Assembly (NCBI GenBank): GCA_000002445.1 | Contig: CP000071.1 | Span: forward strand, 448,001 to 512,000 | Direction: 5' to 3' | Origin: Trypanosoma brucei | Taxonomy: Eukaryota | DNA: 64,000 nucleotides | Part shown: piece by piece, positions 22,464 through 33,100 of the stretch | Layout: each line of letters opens with the position of its first letter | Numbering within the stretch: the stretch's first letter is position 1 | Translations under genes and position numbers: made by a program | The notes under the pieces: generated by a model | Databases searched by the model: none | Seen by the model: the letters and a program-made list of their open reading frames with translations, nothing else | Told to the model about the DNA's origin: nothing

Positions 22464-23897
22464 ATGATCCGCTGGACTGTAAATCTCGCAGGTGTTGATG
22501 CAGAAGCGGACTTGCAACGCGATGATCGGATGAAAGCACCCGTCAATCCATCTTCGGGCCGTCGGGAATCCGGTAAGCCAGCTGACGCAGCGCGAGCAGG
22601 TGGGGGGACCCCACAGTCGCTGGGAACAGTTGCAACCCTTGCCATGAGCGAGCTCCTGGAGCTGCAACGAGCGAGGCGAGAGACAAGTCTCGCGGACAGC
22701 AGTCTTGGACAGTTCTGGATCGGCCCCCCCCTTTCTAAAGAAGAAGGCGGACATGCAAAGGGGAGCGAGATCCGCATTTTTAGTACCTTTACGAATGCAC
22801 AAGGTAGACGCACTGTGTGCACGGTTCAGGCGAGACAAGCTTTGTTCCGTGGGGTGGATGTAGTGAATGCTTTCCTTCAGCAAACACTTGTGCCCGATGA
22901 ACGTTTGTTTTCTCGCTTTTCGACGAACCCACGGCATTACAAACTGTACATAGCCGACGAGTTTACCGGTGAAGAGGACTTGGTATTTCAGCTAGACAGT
23001 GCCATTCAAAAGTTAACGTGCTTTGCGGTTCAACCCCTCCCCACCGCCAAACTGTTTCTTTTTCCGCAGAGGACTCGGCTGCTGCCAACAGCCGCGGAGG
23101 ACATCAACCTCTCCGTGGAGGTACGACCCTTAGACTCACAGGCCAAAGTTGTCAAGCGCCAGGTGCTTGTCCCAGCTGACATGCTTGCTGAGAGTCTGGA
23201 GCGGGTTATTTTTAGCCGACTCCCCGGCATTTGGCTAGTCGCGGGTTCCCTGCGTATTAAATATGGACCGGTTGAGCTGAATATTAATGAATATTACAAC
23301 TTTGGAACAGGGTGCGGACATATGGATATTCCTGTGGCGGAGCGTACTATACTGTCCCTCCATCGCTTTGGGGTCACGGAGGTTCTCGTACAGGGGCGTG
23401 TGACGGACGGTGCTGCGGATGTGCCAGCACCAGTGGAGGACATTGTTATAAACATTGATGCTGAAAAGGCCCAAACTCTTGAGCAGTTCGAAGTAATTCG
23501 CATTAACAAGCACGGGGCACGGCAGCAACGCATTCTCTGTGTGGATGGGGAGCGGCTGTATATGAAGCAGCCCTACAATGCTGGCAGAGAGGCTTCACAG
23601 GGATGTGAGGAAAAGTTGGTGAGAGACATCGAAGAGGTTCGCTCCTCGCCAACGAGACCCAAGTGTCTAGAAATTTGCTACAATCATGCGTCCAAACACG
23701 AGGATGACCATATTGAATGTACAACAGCATACTGTCGCGCTCTGCTGGACGAGAAGCTCCGCGTCGTTCAGCGGGAGTTGCGAAAGAGGGACGATTCTGA
23801 AAGGCAAAAGGTTGACAATGTGGCACTTTCTCGGCTATTCGGGTGGTTGAAGAGTGGTTTCGGTAAGTATGCACAGCACTCTGACGGTTCGGAGTGA
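22464..23897 (+). CDS. Hypothetical protein (about 477 aa)
   Basis: A long sense-strand ORF. The track start (22425) is TTG. The first ATG is at 22464, and another lies at 22527. No recognisable domain. Confidence 0.5.
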   Translation: MIRWTVNLAGVDAEADLQRDDRMKAPVNPSSGRRESGKPADAARAGGGTPQSLGTVATLAMSELLELQRARRETSLADSSLGQFWIGPPLSKEEGGHAKGSEIRIFSTFTNAQGRRTVCTVQARQALFRGVDVVNAFLQQTLVPDERLFSRFSTNPRHYKLYIADEFTGEEDLVFQLDSAIQKLTCFAVQPLPTAKLFLFPQRTRLLPTAAEDINLSVEVRPLDSQAKVVKRQVLVPADMLAESLERVIFSRLPGIWLVAGSLRIKYGPVELNINEYYNFGTGCGHMDIPVAERTILSLHRFGVTEVLVQGRVTDGAADVPAPVEDIVINIDAEKAQTLEQFEVIRINKHGARQQRILCVDGERLYMKQPYNAGREASQGCEEKLVRDIEEVRSSPTRPKCLEICYNHASKHEDDHIECTTAYCRALLDEKLRVVQRELRKRDDSERQKVDNVALSRLFGWLKSGFGKYAQHSDGSE

Positions 23898-24501
23898 CCC
23901 GTTTAGCGTGTAAATCTGTGGCTGTCTCCGGCTCCTGTGCTTTTCAAGGGGTGGAGAGAAGTACAGTGAAGCACGTGAAATAAAAGGTATCTCTATGTGC
24001 GGAGAGGTGGACCCGAAGTCGCTGCCATACCCAAGTGTGTCTTAATTCATGCTGGCTAGCGCCCCAGTTTGGGGTTGCCAGTGGGCTAACTTATTGAGTG
24101 GTTCTGTCGTCATACACCAGTATTCGTGCGTTTGTAGGTGCATTGAATGTGTATATTGTTCCTACTGTTCCAGCTTCGCGACCAGGAAGGGGTTGTGGTG
24201 CGTTCAAGTAATGGGGTGAGGTTTACTCGGCATTCCCATCATTTTGTTTCATTTTATTCCCTCTCCGCCACGTGTTTCACCACTTCCGTGTCTTCTGTTA
24301 CTCCGTCGTGGAGTTAAGGAGGCGGTGTGGAAGTTGCACATGGCTATTGTCTTTGAATGACGATCCTTTGCCTTTTATCCTCTGCATTGGGACACTTCTC
24401 TCCCTAATCTTATGGAGACGCGTGCACTGAAACGCGAGGTTTGCAACACATTCCTGGAGCAAAGCAACAAAATTCACAGCATTTAACAACACACAAGCAA
24501 G

Positions 24502-25725
24502 ATGGCATCCCAAAATGCAGCAACTAATGGCGATGGTGTAACCGCATACAGAACTGAGTCCGCATCCCTGATGAATGATAACAAACGAAGGAATGACAAG
24601 CAAACTGAGGACCAGCGCCCTCCCTTCACTGTCGGTTCCTATGCACTTGGTATTGTGATGATTCTTTGTGTCGCAGTTATATGGACATATGCTTCAGTGT
24701 TGATCCAGTACATATATGAGGCGGAAGAATATGAGAAGCCATACTTTATGACCTACTTTAACACTAATACGTTTGCTGTCAATAATATCGGGTTCCTTTT
24801 ACTGAGCTCGTGGCGCCGGCTACCGTGGAAAAATGGTGAGCGGACCTCGTCATTGGTTATATATGATGATGCTCTCAAAAGAACATTCGTCTCGGGTGCC
24901 TCGGCACCCGACAACGAGCCCGCGGATGGGGCGGATGTTTCGCGGGGTGGACCACAGAGTGAGGCGGAACGAATAAGGCCATACAGCAAGTTCAGGGTTT
25001 TCAAGTGCGCAGCCTTCTTTTGCCCAATTTGGTTCTTGGCGAATTCCCTGTTCAACGCCTCCCTTGCAGCCACTTCCGTTTCCTCTGTTACTGTTTTGAG
25101 CAATACGTCTGCCATCTGGACCTTTTTACTATCACTCATATTCTTTAATCAGAAGGCCACCTGGCCCTGTCTGCTTGCCATGACGATGACCATTATCGGT
25201 GCGTGTCTGGTTGGGTTCTCTGACGCGGAGAACACTGAAAACGAAACCGTTGGGGGGGATATTTATGCTCTACTAGCTGCTATCTTCTACGCCGTTTACA
25301 CAAGCATCATCAGGTGGCACGCTTCAGACGATGACCGGTATAGCATTTTAATGCTCTTTGGCTTTGTGGGCGCCCTGAACACCATTCTTTTTTGGCCACT
25401 TCTGCTTATTTTTCACTTTACCGACTTCGAGACCTTCCAGACCCCCGGTGGGATTCAATTTGCACTGCTCCTAGTGAACGCACTAGTGGGAACAAACCTC
25501 AGTGAGGTGTTGTGGGCGCGTGCGGTGCTGCTCACCTCGCCCACAGCTGCAACGTTGGGTCTCACTTTGACAACACCTTTGGCTATGACCTCAGACCTCC
25601 TCATAAAGCAGAAGTCCTTCAATGCGATGTACATAATAGGAGCTGTTTTGCTGACACTAGGATTCATTTGCTTTAATTTGGAGCAACAGCTCATGAAGTT
25701 GCTAAAGGGTTCGCGCTCCAGTTAG
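24502..25725 (+). CDS. EamA/DMT-superfamily transporter, SLC35F5 / THI74-like
   Basis: ATG start. About 10 predicted TM helices. The conserved SLC35F5-type motif EKPYFMTYFNTNTFAV and EamA-like hydrophobic repeats are present. Confidence 0.75.
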   Translation: MASQNAATNGDGVTAYRTESASLMNDNKRRNDKQTEDQRPPFTVGSYALGIVMILCVAVIWTYASVLIQYIYEAEEYEKPYFMTYFNTNTFAVNNIGFLLLSSWRRLPWKNGERTSSLVIYDDALKRTFVSGASAPDNEPADGADVSRGGPQSEAERIRPYSKFRVFKCAAFFCPIWFLANSLFNASLAATSVSSVTVLSNTSAIWTFLLSLIFFNQKATWPCLLAMTMTIIGACLVGFSDAENTENETVGGDIYALLAAIFYAVYTSIIRWHASDDDRYSILMLFGFVGALNTILFWPLLLIFHFTDFETFQTPGGIQFALLLVNALVGTNLSEVLWARAVLLTSPTAATLGLTLTTPLAMTSDLLIKQKSFNAMYIIGAVLLTLGFICFNLEQQLMKLLKGSRSS

Positions 25726-27213
25726 GGCTCATGGAGTGTGTCACTGAGGAATGTGATGGAAGGGCATAATTGAAGCTAAACATATAAATAATAATCAATT
25801 CGTGTCATAAAACATAAGTGTGCATATGTAAGTATGGTAAGAAATAAAGTGAAATTGGTTTCAAAAAAAAAAAGGAAAAAAAAACAACTAAAAAATAGTA
25901 ATTGACTAACGAGGAAAAACAAAAACTTCGTGGCTAAGTTTAATTGGCTTAGCGTGGGAGGCGGTAACGCTGCTAATATGAGAAGAGTGGGTAATGAGGA
26001 GGAGTGTCGTGCAGGACCCGTTACCCCTTTGGAGGATGGAGTAAAGTGCCCCTTTGCAAAGCACTGCAAGCTTCCGTCATCTGCGGGTTCCCTTTTGTCT
26101 ATCCAGCAAAAGAAGGAACAACGTCATGTGAGCGGCTTGCCGTTGAGTGAAACGGAAAGGGTAAAAATAATAACAGCGGTGAGAAGGAGCCGCAGTACTT
26201 CTGCAGCATCAGGAGGATAGATTCAAAGAGAGCTGGGAAAGCAATGGTAAACGAGGAATGTTAAGTGACAAATGCATGATTGTAAGTAAAGTGAAGTACA
26301 TCGTGTTTCCGTCTTTGTCTTTTTTTTGGTACGGCTACAACGCGAAGCTAGAAGTGGTAAATCCTGTTTGACCTTCATGGTTGCACATTTACACGTGAGC
26401 GAAGGCCGGGACGAGGTTATGTAAAGGGATGAATGACATGGGGAGACGGTGAAATATGTTAGGGAAATTAAGGAAAGAACGCAAAACAGCGAGAGGGCAT
26501 GTGCTGCATGAATTAGTGTGAGATGTGTCCTGATGAAGTGTCGAAAGGTAACAAAAGAAAAAGTGGCTTGTACTTGTGTTTATGGACGCATTTGTTTATG
26601 TATATGTTTGTGCTTATGGTCTTTAAACACTTTTTTTTTACTTTGTGGCTTCTAACCTCCCTACAGCGGTTGACTCGAAAAGTTGCCGTCATATGCACCC
26701 ATTGCTCACAAGCGTAAGGGAACCAACTGGCAATGGCACCTTCGTTTCCGTTTACAGGCCGCGTTTGGTCCTCCCGCTCTTCGTTCCCCGGTGTATCATG
26801 AGTGAAACTGGTGCGTGACTTGGGACGGGGAGAAGACGGGAGGGTAATACATGGTTTGGTTAGCGTAGGTACCTGCCCCTCCATTTATTTAAATTTGATA
26901 TTCGCTTCTGTACTTCAATTTTTCGGTGTTGCTCTTGCGTCATCATATGTCTTTACCCCAGCGGGCACTGTTCTGTATTTTATTTCCTCCCTCTCCTGCC
27001 TATCATCTTTTCCACAGCTTCTCCTTTTCGTTGCCGTGGGGCCCATGGAGTGGGGAGAGTGGGACCGGTACAGGGGGGGGGGGAGAAAATCAGATAAAAA
27101 CCGTGACCTCCAGTGGAGGAGACAGCGCGCGTGGTACCGTTGTTCGATTATATCACCGGAGAATCGACGATACAACACCCACATCTCTTGTCTGTCCTTG
27201 AGAAGTTAGTCTG

Positions 27214-27234
27214 ATGTGTGTGTGTGTGTGTGTG
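27214..27234. repeat. (TG)n microsatellite
   Basis: gtgtgtgtgtgtgtgtgtgtg, then cgcg. Confidence 0.9.
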
Positions 27235-27944
27235 CGCGAGGTAGGAATGGAGTGCCAATATTGGAAACATTAGGCTCGCCCGTTGGGTTCTATTGTGTGC
27301 GGGCTGTTCAACATTTGTTTGTTCTTCCACCCCACCGTAGGGTTTCAGAGGAAGGAAGCAGGCTTGCGGTTCCTTCCTAAAATTTGTTTTACTTGGTTAA
27401 CATCCCTTTCAATCCCGACCGCACACGGTATGTTTCAAAAGACAGAAAAGAACCAGAGATGTTGATTTTTACCCCACTAACTATGGGGGGATCATATAAG
27501 TCATTTGCTCTGCATCTTGGGATCTCCCTTATATGGGATGAAGTGCTGGGACTGATTGGTTTCCAAGGGGTGTTTTTTGTCTTCTTGTTTTTTGCTTGGA
27601 TGAAGACTGTGGTTAACGGGCTGAGTCACTCAAGCCACCCAATTGCTTTGAATATTGTCTGATTTAGTGTCGAAACTGACCAGGAGAGTGTCAGAGGAGT
27701 GCAGAGGGGGAGTGAGTGGGTGTGCATTGCTTAACATTGCCCTTTCTCACTGTTAGCTCTTTATTGATCTTTTTTTTCGTTCTGCTTTTGTTTCGAATCG
27801 TGTATACGAAATCCAACGCCGGTCCGATGAACTATGCAGTAGGGGGACGCTATTGGTCCGAGGCACCAATAACAAAAAGAGACAGGCCAAGAGTGTCGAT
27901 AGCGGGATCAGCGACAAGGAAGGGAGACATTGGGGGTGCCCCGG

Positions 27945-29681
27945 ATGGAAAGGGGTATGTGCCTCGTGGAGCGAGATGTTGACGGCCTCTCCTGCAAGAC
28001 GATGCTTGCTCCACAAGGGTGGGTGCAGCGCGTGCACCACGACGTGAGGGACAAGTGCTCGGTGAATGTTACACACTTCACGAGCCTTGATTCATTATCT
28101 ACGTCCCTTTATGTAACAGAATACTTTCTTCCACGTCCCACCTCGGTTGAGAGCGGTTCATCAGCGGGGGTGACACCCGAAGCGTTGGCCGCTTCCTTGG
28201 CACAGCTCTTAGATCCGTCTAAGTTCTCACTCTGCACTGCGTGGGAGGTCCCACAGTCTGCCCCCACTGAAAGCTGCGGCCCACTTGGGAAGTTGCTATG
28301 CAAGTATGTTCTTTTGGTTAGTGTTGCACTCTCTACAAGAGAGAGGGATGCTACATACGCGAGATGTAGTTTTGATGCAGTTGTTTATGACTTGAAGGAA
28401 CGCTACCTGCAGCTCTCAAGAGGGAGCGATGTGGTTGGGTTAAGTTCCACTGAGTGGGTTGCTGGAAATAGCGCTGTCTGTACGAGACGAGGCTGCTGTG
28501 TTATCCATGTCACCGCGCCTCCAGGAAGAAATATTTGTTGGCATCCACAACTAGGTGGTGAGGCCACCTGCAAACTCGGAGAGGCTGCGAAGGAGCTAGG
28601 TCTTGTATCTGAGAATTTGAACTTTCTCTTGTATGAGGACGCCGCTGGCAGTGTGGAAGTGATGTTTGCCCTCCTACCCCTCACTCCTGGTGTCTGCATA
28701 ATGAAACGCGGTGACTTGCAGCGTGCTTGGTTGCGGCGTACCCGCGGCAGTAGGTGGCGTTCGTTGCGACTTCCAACACCACGTCTTACCACGGGGGTTG
28801 TTGATCCGTGTAATTCCCTCTATGACGTGCGACCGCCCGGCTCCTTTTATTTGCTAGTGAGGGGTGAGGGCGGTACAGCGCGTAGCGTCATCGCATGGCT
28901 GATGGAGCCGCGTGTAGGAAGTGACAGCTCTATCGTTTTGCTGACCACCTTTCACACGGCCAGAGGCGGAGCTGTTTCCGCTACCGCTAGTGTCGTCGCT
29001 ACTGACGCGGCTATTACTGTTGATACTGCTGCCGTTGACCCGGCAACTGCAGCGCAGTGTCTAAAACACTGCAAATGGTTGCGCTCTACATTTTGCGCGT
29101 CTGTTGGGATGACTTTTTCGTGGTCTGCGCTATGCGTGGGAAAAAGTCCCGGATTATTGTTCCGCCAGGGGAACCTTGTGATCCAACTTCCCTCCGAGTC
29201 TACGCGGTATGCGAGCGCCAGCGCTGTAGCGGCCGCTTCTGCGGTCAGCAGAGGCAACGAAAGCGCAGCGTTGGGTTCCATCACGGTGGAAGCTGTAGAC
29301 CGTGCGGACGGAACGGAGCGGCGAGCAACGATTACACTGTTGCGTGAGTTCCGATGCGCCATCGACTTTATGGATTACGTTGTTACAGAGTTCACGTATG
29401 AAGCCCACGTTGACCGGCGTTCTGCAGTCATGCGGAGGTGTAAGGCTCCGTTGGCGCTTCTTCCCGGTGGAGGGCAGGGCACGGGTAAATGCCCGGAGGC
29501 ATACAGCTTTTGGATCCGCCTTGGGGAGAGGGATGCGATTCATTATGTTGTGCGTGAGTGTGGTATCGGCCGCCTTCTGCTAGCGCAGGCGTGTGTGACA
29601 GACTGCAGTCCCTTCAGTGATGTGGTGGCGGAGAGGTGGGAGAGCTGGGTGGGTGGTATTGGCGTCGCTTCCATTCTTTGA
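27945..29681 (+). CDS. Hypothetical protein (about 578 aa), Ala/Ser/Thr-rich
   Basis: A long sense-strand ORF. The track start (27930) is TTG, and the first ATG is at 27945. No recognisable domain. It lies immediately upstream of the Rav1-like gene. Confidence 0.5.
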   Translation: MERGMCLVERDVDGLSCKTMLAPQGWVQRVHHDVRDKCSVNVTHFTSLDSLSTSLYVTEYFLPRPTSVESGSSAGVTPEALAASLAQLLDPSKFSLCTAWEVPQSAPTESCGPLGKLLCKYVLLVSVALSTRERDATYARCSFDAVVYDLKERYLQLSRGSDVVGLSSTEWVAGNSAVCTRRGCCVIHVTAPPGRNICWHPQLGGEATCKLGEAAKELGLVSENLNFLLYEDAAGSVEVMFALLPLTPGVCIMKRGDLQRAWLRRTRGSRWRSLRLPTPRLTTGVVDPCNSLYDVRPPGSFYLLVRGEGGTARSVIAWLMEPRVGSDSSIVLLTTFHTARGGAVSATASVVATDAAITVDTAAVDPATAAQCLKHCKWLRSTFCASVGMTFSWSALCVGKSPGLLFRQGNLVIQLPSESTRYASASAVAAASAVSRGNESAALGSITVEAVDRADGTERRATITLLREFRCAIDFMDYVVTEFTYEAHVDRRSAVMRRCKAPLALLPGGGQGTGKCPEAYSFWIRLGERDAIHYVVRECGIGRLLLAQACVTDCSPFSDVVAERWESWVGGIGVASIL

Positions 29682-30122
29682 GGTTAGGGTTGAAGGGAGA
29701 AGGACGAGGCGCAGGGTAGAACGGAGGACGCCACGGCTAACTTGCACATCGCAGCGAGTTGTTGCAGTTTTCTGTTTTCGTTGTTTACTATCTTTTCGTG
29801 CGGCCTTTAGTGCACCGCTGACAAATCGTAAGACTTTAGTTACATCGCCCTTCGCTAAAGTATTAACCCTCGGGGCTGATCACAACCGCGTTTTCGTGAG
29901 TGCGAGCCTGTGTTGGGAAGTTTTCAATGGTGCTTATTCTTTTCCAACATGCTCCTCCCCCGAACATTTCTTTTGGTGTGTTTCGTTTGACGGGGAATGG
30001 TCCAGTATACATGAGGAGGTAGATTAACGACCCCCTTGTGCACATCGAAAAGGAAAGTATTGGTTTGTGTTTATATATAGGGTGGTAAGCAGTTCTCGTC
30101 AATTTTTGCGTACCTGTGCATC

Positions 30123-33100
30123 ATGTCACTTAGTGGTATTCTTTTCCCACAGAGATGTCATCATGCGGCACACGCGTTTAGTTCCCGTGGGGAACTGTGG
30201 ACAGCATTGGTTACCGATCACAATTTCTTAGTGCTACGCGGTGGGACGCTATGCGCAAGTGGGCCACTCTCTGCGCCGTGCGATGGTGATGGCGCTGGGT
30301 TTGAAGCTGAGGCCCATTCGGACTTGCCCGAGCCACCTCCAACCCCTTTGGCGTGCCGCATCTGCTGCAGCGAAAGGGATGATGACATTCGTGTTATCGT
30401 CATATCCATGAGTGGTGTGTACGTTGTTGATGTTACGGGGCCACGCATGCAGATGACGTATCATAGTTTGTGTGTGTGTGGAGGCATACCGGGATGTTCC
30501 CGTGCTACGGTCCATAGTTCCCCTAACGAGGCCCAGATGCCGGTTTGCCTCTCTGAGTGGTCTCATACACAGAAAGAAGAGTGTGCACGGAAGGCACTCG
30601 ATGCCGAGTTCGTGACGTCCACCGTTCTTGTGATTGCTTACAGTGATGCAGTTGAACTCATCGAGCTTAGTTGGAGAGGGCGGCAGTGGCACGAGCGGAG
30701 GGACCGGAATGAGGAGGAAAGGAGTAGGGGAGTAATGCGGTGGCGTGTGCGTGGATCCTATAGCAAACTGGCAGTATGCCGCGTGAGTATGTATCTGTCC
30801 GTTTCCCAGCGATCCTCTCTGGTGGAGGTATTTCCTCTGCAGCCGAGGTTAAGCGATCAGGAACAGAGGACGGAGCAAAGCACCGTTTCTTTTCCTCCGG
30901 TACTTCACGCTCCCCGAGAGGCTTGTGTCGATTCCTTCAGGTCGCTCTCTTATCGGACCCCCACCCCTTCACTCCTCGAAACAGCAGAGGGCAGTGCATA
31001 TGTGTGGCGGGGTGCATCTACGAGGTTGTGCAACTACAAGATTACATCTCTGGAGTGGCATCGTGTCTCAGGGTACTCTCTTTTGTGTGTCACGTGTCAT
31101 GAGTCGGATAGAGGACAACCCTTCATCGTATTTTTCATCGCGCAGCTGTGCCCAGTACATGAAGGGGCGCACGTGCGAGCGGGGTTGGAGACACAGCATG
31201 GAAGTGGTATGGTTGGGGTGAATTCTTCAACTGTTCACGAAGTCATGTTGACGCTTGTGCCCGCTGGGAAGGTGCCGCACAGCTCCATATCAGGCACCCC
31301 TCTTTCAGTTCACATTGTACCCAATTACATTTGTTCTCACAGCGAGGTACAGGGGAGTGACAAGTTGGAGCTTCTCTGCGTTGAAAAGGATGGATCTGTC
31401 TTTCGCTCTAGCTACTGCTACGACCCCCACCAAGGCAACTGTCTTGTGCGTTGCTCTTCCACTGAATGCTTGGTGCCGCAGCTACTAGGCCCAATCCAAA
31501 AACACTACGGTGATATAACTACCGTGGATGTGTTGCCCGCGTGGAGGCCCCGGGCTGTAGCGTTTGGCCCCTTAACTCCGGCTGTAGCGGCGCTATTGGA
31601 GGCACAGCGATACCGTCTTGTGTTGCGGTTCCGAAATGGTATGGTCGCGAGGGTCGTGGTGGATCTTGCAGCTGCGACAGTGCGTGTGGAAGCGTTTTTG
31701 ACGCTCGGCGTGGATGCGCACCCGCCACTTCTCGCTACGGCTGTTGTTGATGGTGTTTCTGGTCCGCAACAGATTGTGTTGGGCCTCACGCAGGACCGGC
31801 TGTTCGTGGTTCGTCGTACTTTGTTCTCTGGTGGTTTAACCGAGGCTTCAGTATCCGTTGTTGGACCACTTGCTCTGGAGCATCTCCAAAAGTTAGTTTG
31901 TGGTTCCTCTGTGTGTGGGGACGATGACGCTGGTAACGAAATGAAGGGGAACACTTGTGTGGAAGAAAGTGAAGCGTTGCGGTCTTTCATGCAAGCCAAG
32001 TGCCCTGAAAAGTTGCACATGCTTCCGGTGCTTTTGAAAGCTTGTGGCGGTGACGCGAGGAAGCTTCTGAGGCAGCTCACTGCAAAGTACGGCTCCCCTA
32101 CCCCCGCCGCTTTCTCGGACAAGACCATCCTTGACGAAGGGCGTAGCTGTGATGGTTCTGGAGATCGTTCAAAGAATGGGCGATTCAATTCTGTGACACC
32201 GTCGCTGCTCCCGTCGGCTTTGAAGGTAGGCGCGCTGAGGCTAACCACTGGGGGTATTCGTTGCTGTGTCGAAATGTCTGTGAAAGACACCGACAAGCCA
32301 CATCATCACCAATGGTGGTACATTCCCGCCACACCTCTTGCGAGTGTTGTGGGTGAGTGGGACAGTTTGATTGCTCACGGCGTGCTTCCACCCTCCACCG
32401 CGCTAGTGCAGTGCTTGGACGCCCCTCTTCCTGCTGAGCTCCTCCGTGAACGGCGACCCAGCCGAGACGGACTGGCGTGTGTGAGCTGGTCTACGAGCGC
32501 ACAGTCCCTTGTTGTGCAGTCTCGGCTGCTGCCGCACGAAACCCCACTGAAGTTCCGTCCATTCGAAAGTATGGCACAACCCTACAACCCCGTTCGAGTT
32601 GACTGTGTAAAGCTTGTGAACAACGTAATTGTTGTGTGTGTGATGGGTGCGACACGTGATGAGGAGATTAAGACTGTATTGATGGTTTATGTATTGGATG
32701 CTCTCCGCGACGTGGCAACGCAACCGGTGTTCGAGCAGGAGTTGGTAATACATAACGTGGCGACTTTTTTCATGTGTGATACCGGTGGTCTTTTTGTACT
32801 ACGGCGGGACTCGAAATCCATCGTGCGCTGGATGCGTGTTACCACCAATGGCGTTGGAAGCGGACACTGCTGGAGGGAGTATTGTGTTCGCGGAGGTTCT
32901 GAGTCACAAGAGGCCATTACCACGATGGCCCCGCTGTATACAAAAAGTTCCGGAATGAATTGTCATTGCTACGAGGGTGCTTCCTGTACGCACTTTGTGT
33001 ATGTTTCATCCGAGGAGGGATTGATCAAAGTGTGTGAAACGAGCCCTAAAAAGGACTTGCGGTCCGCTTTGAAGGGGGAGATCATCGTAGAAGAAGGTGG

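Noticed and set aside
22127-22822. 231-aa minus-strand ORF overlapping the start of the 22464 gene
   Set aside because: It lies on the opposite strand to the whole directional gene block and has no domain. It is likely spurious.
25930-26220. 96-aa ORF in the intergenic region after the EamA transporter
   Set aside because: The start codon in the track is GTG, there is no ATG-initiated equivalent of useful length, and there is no homology.
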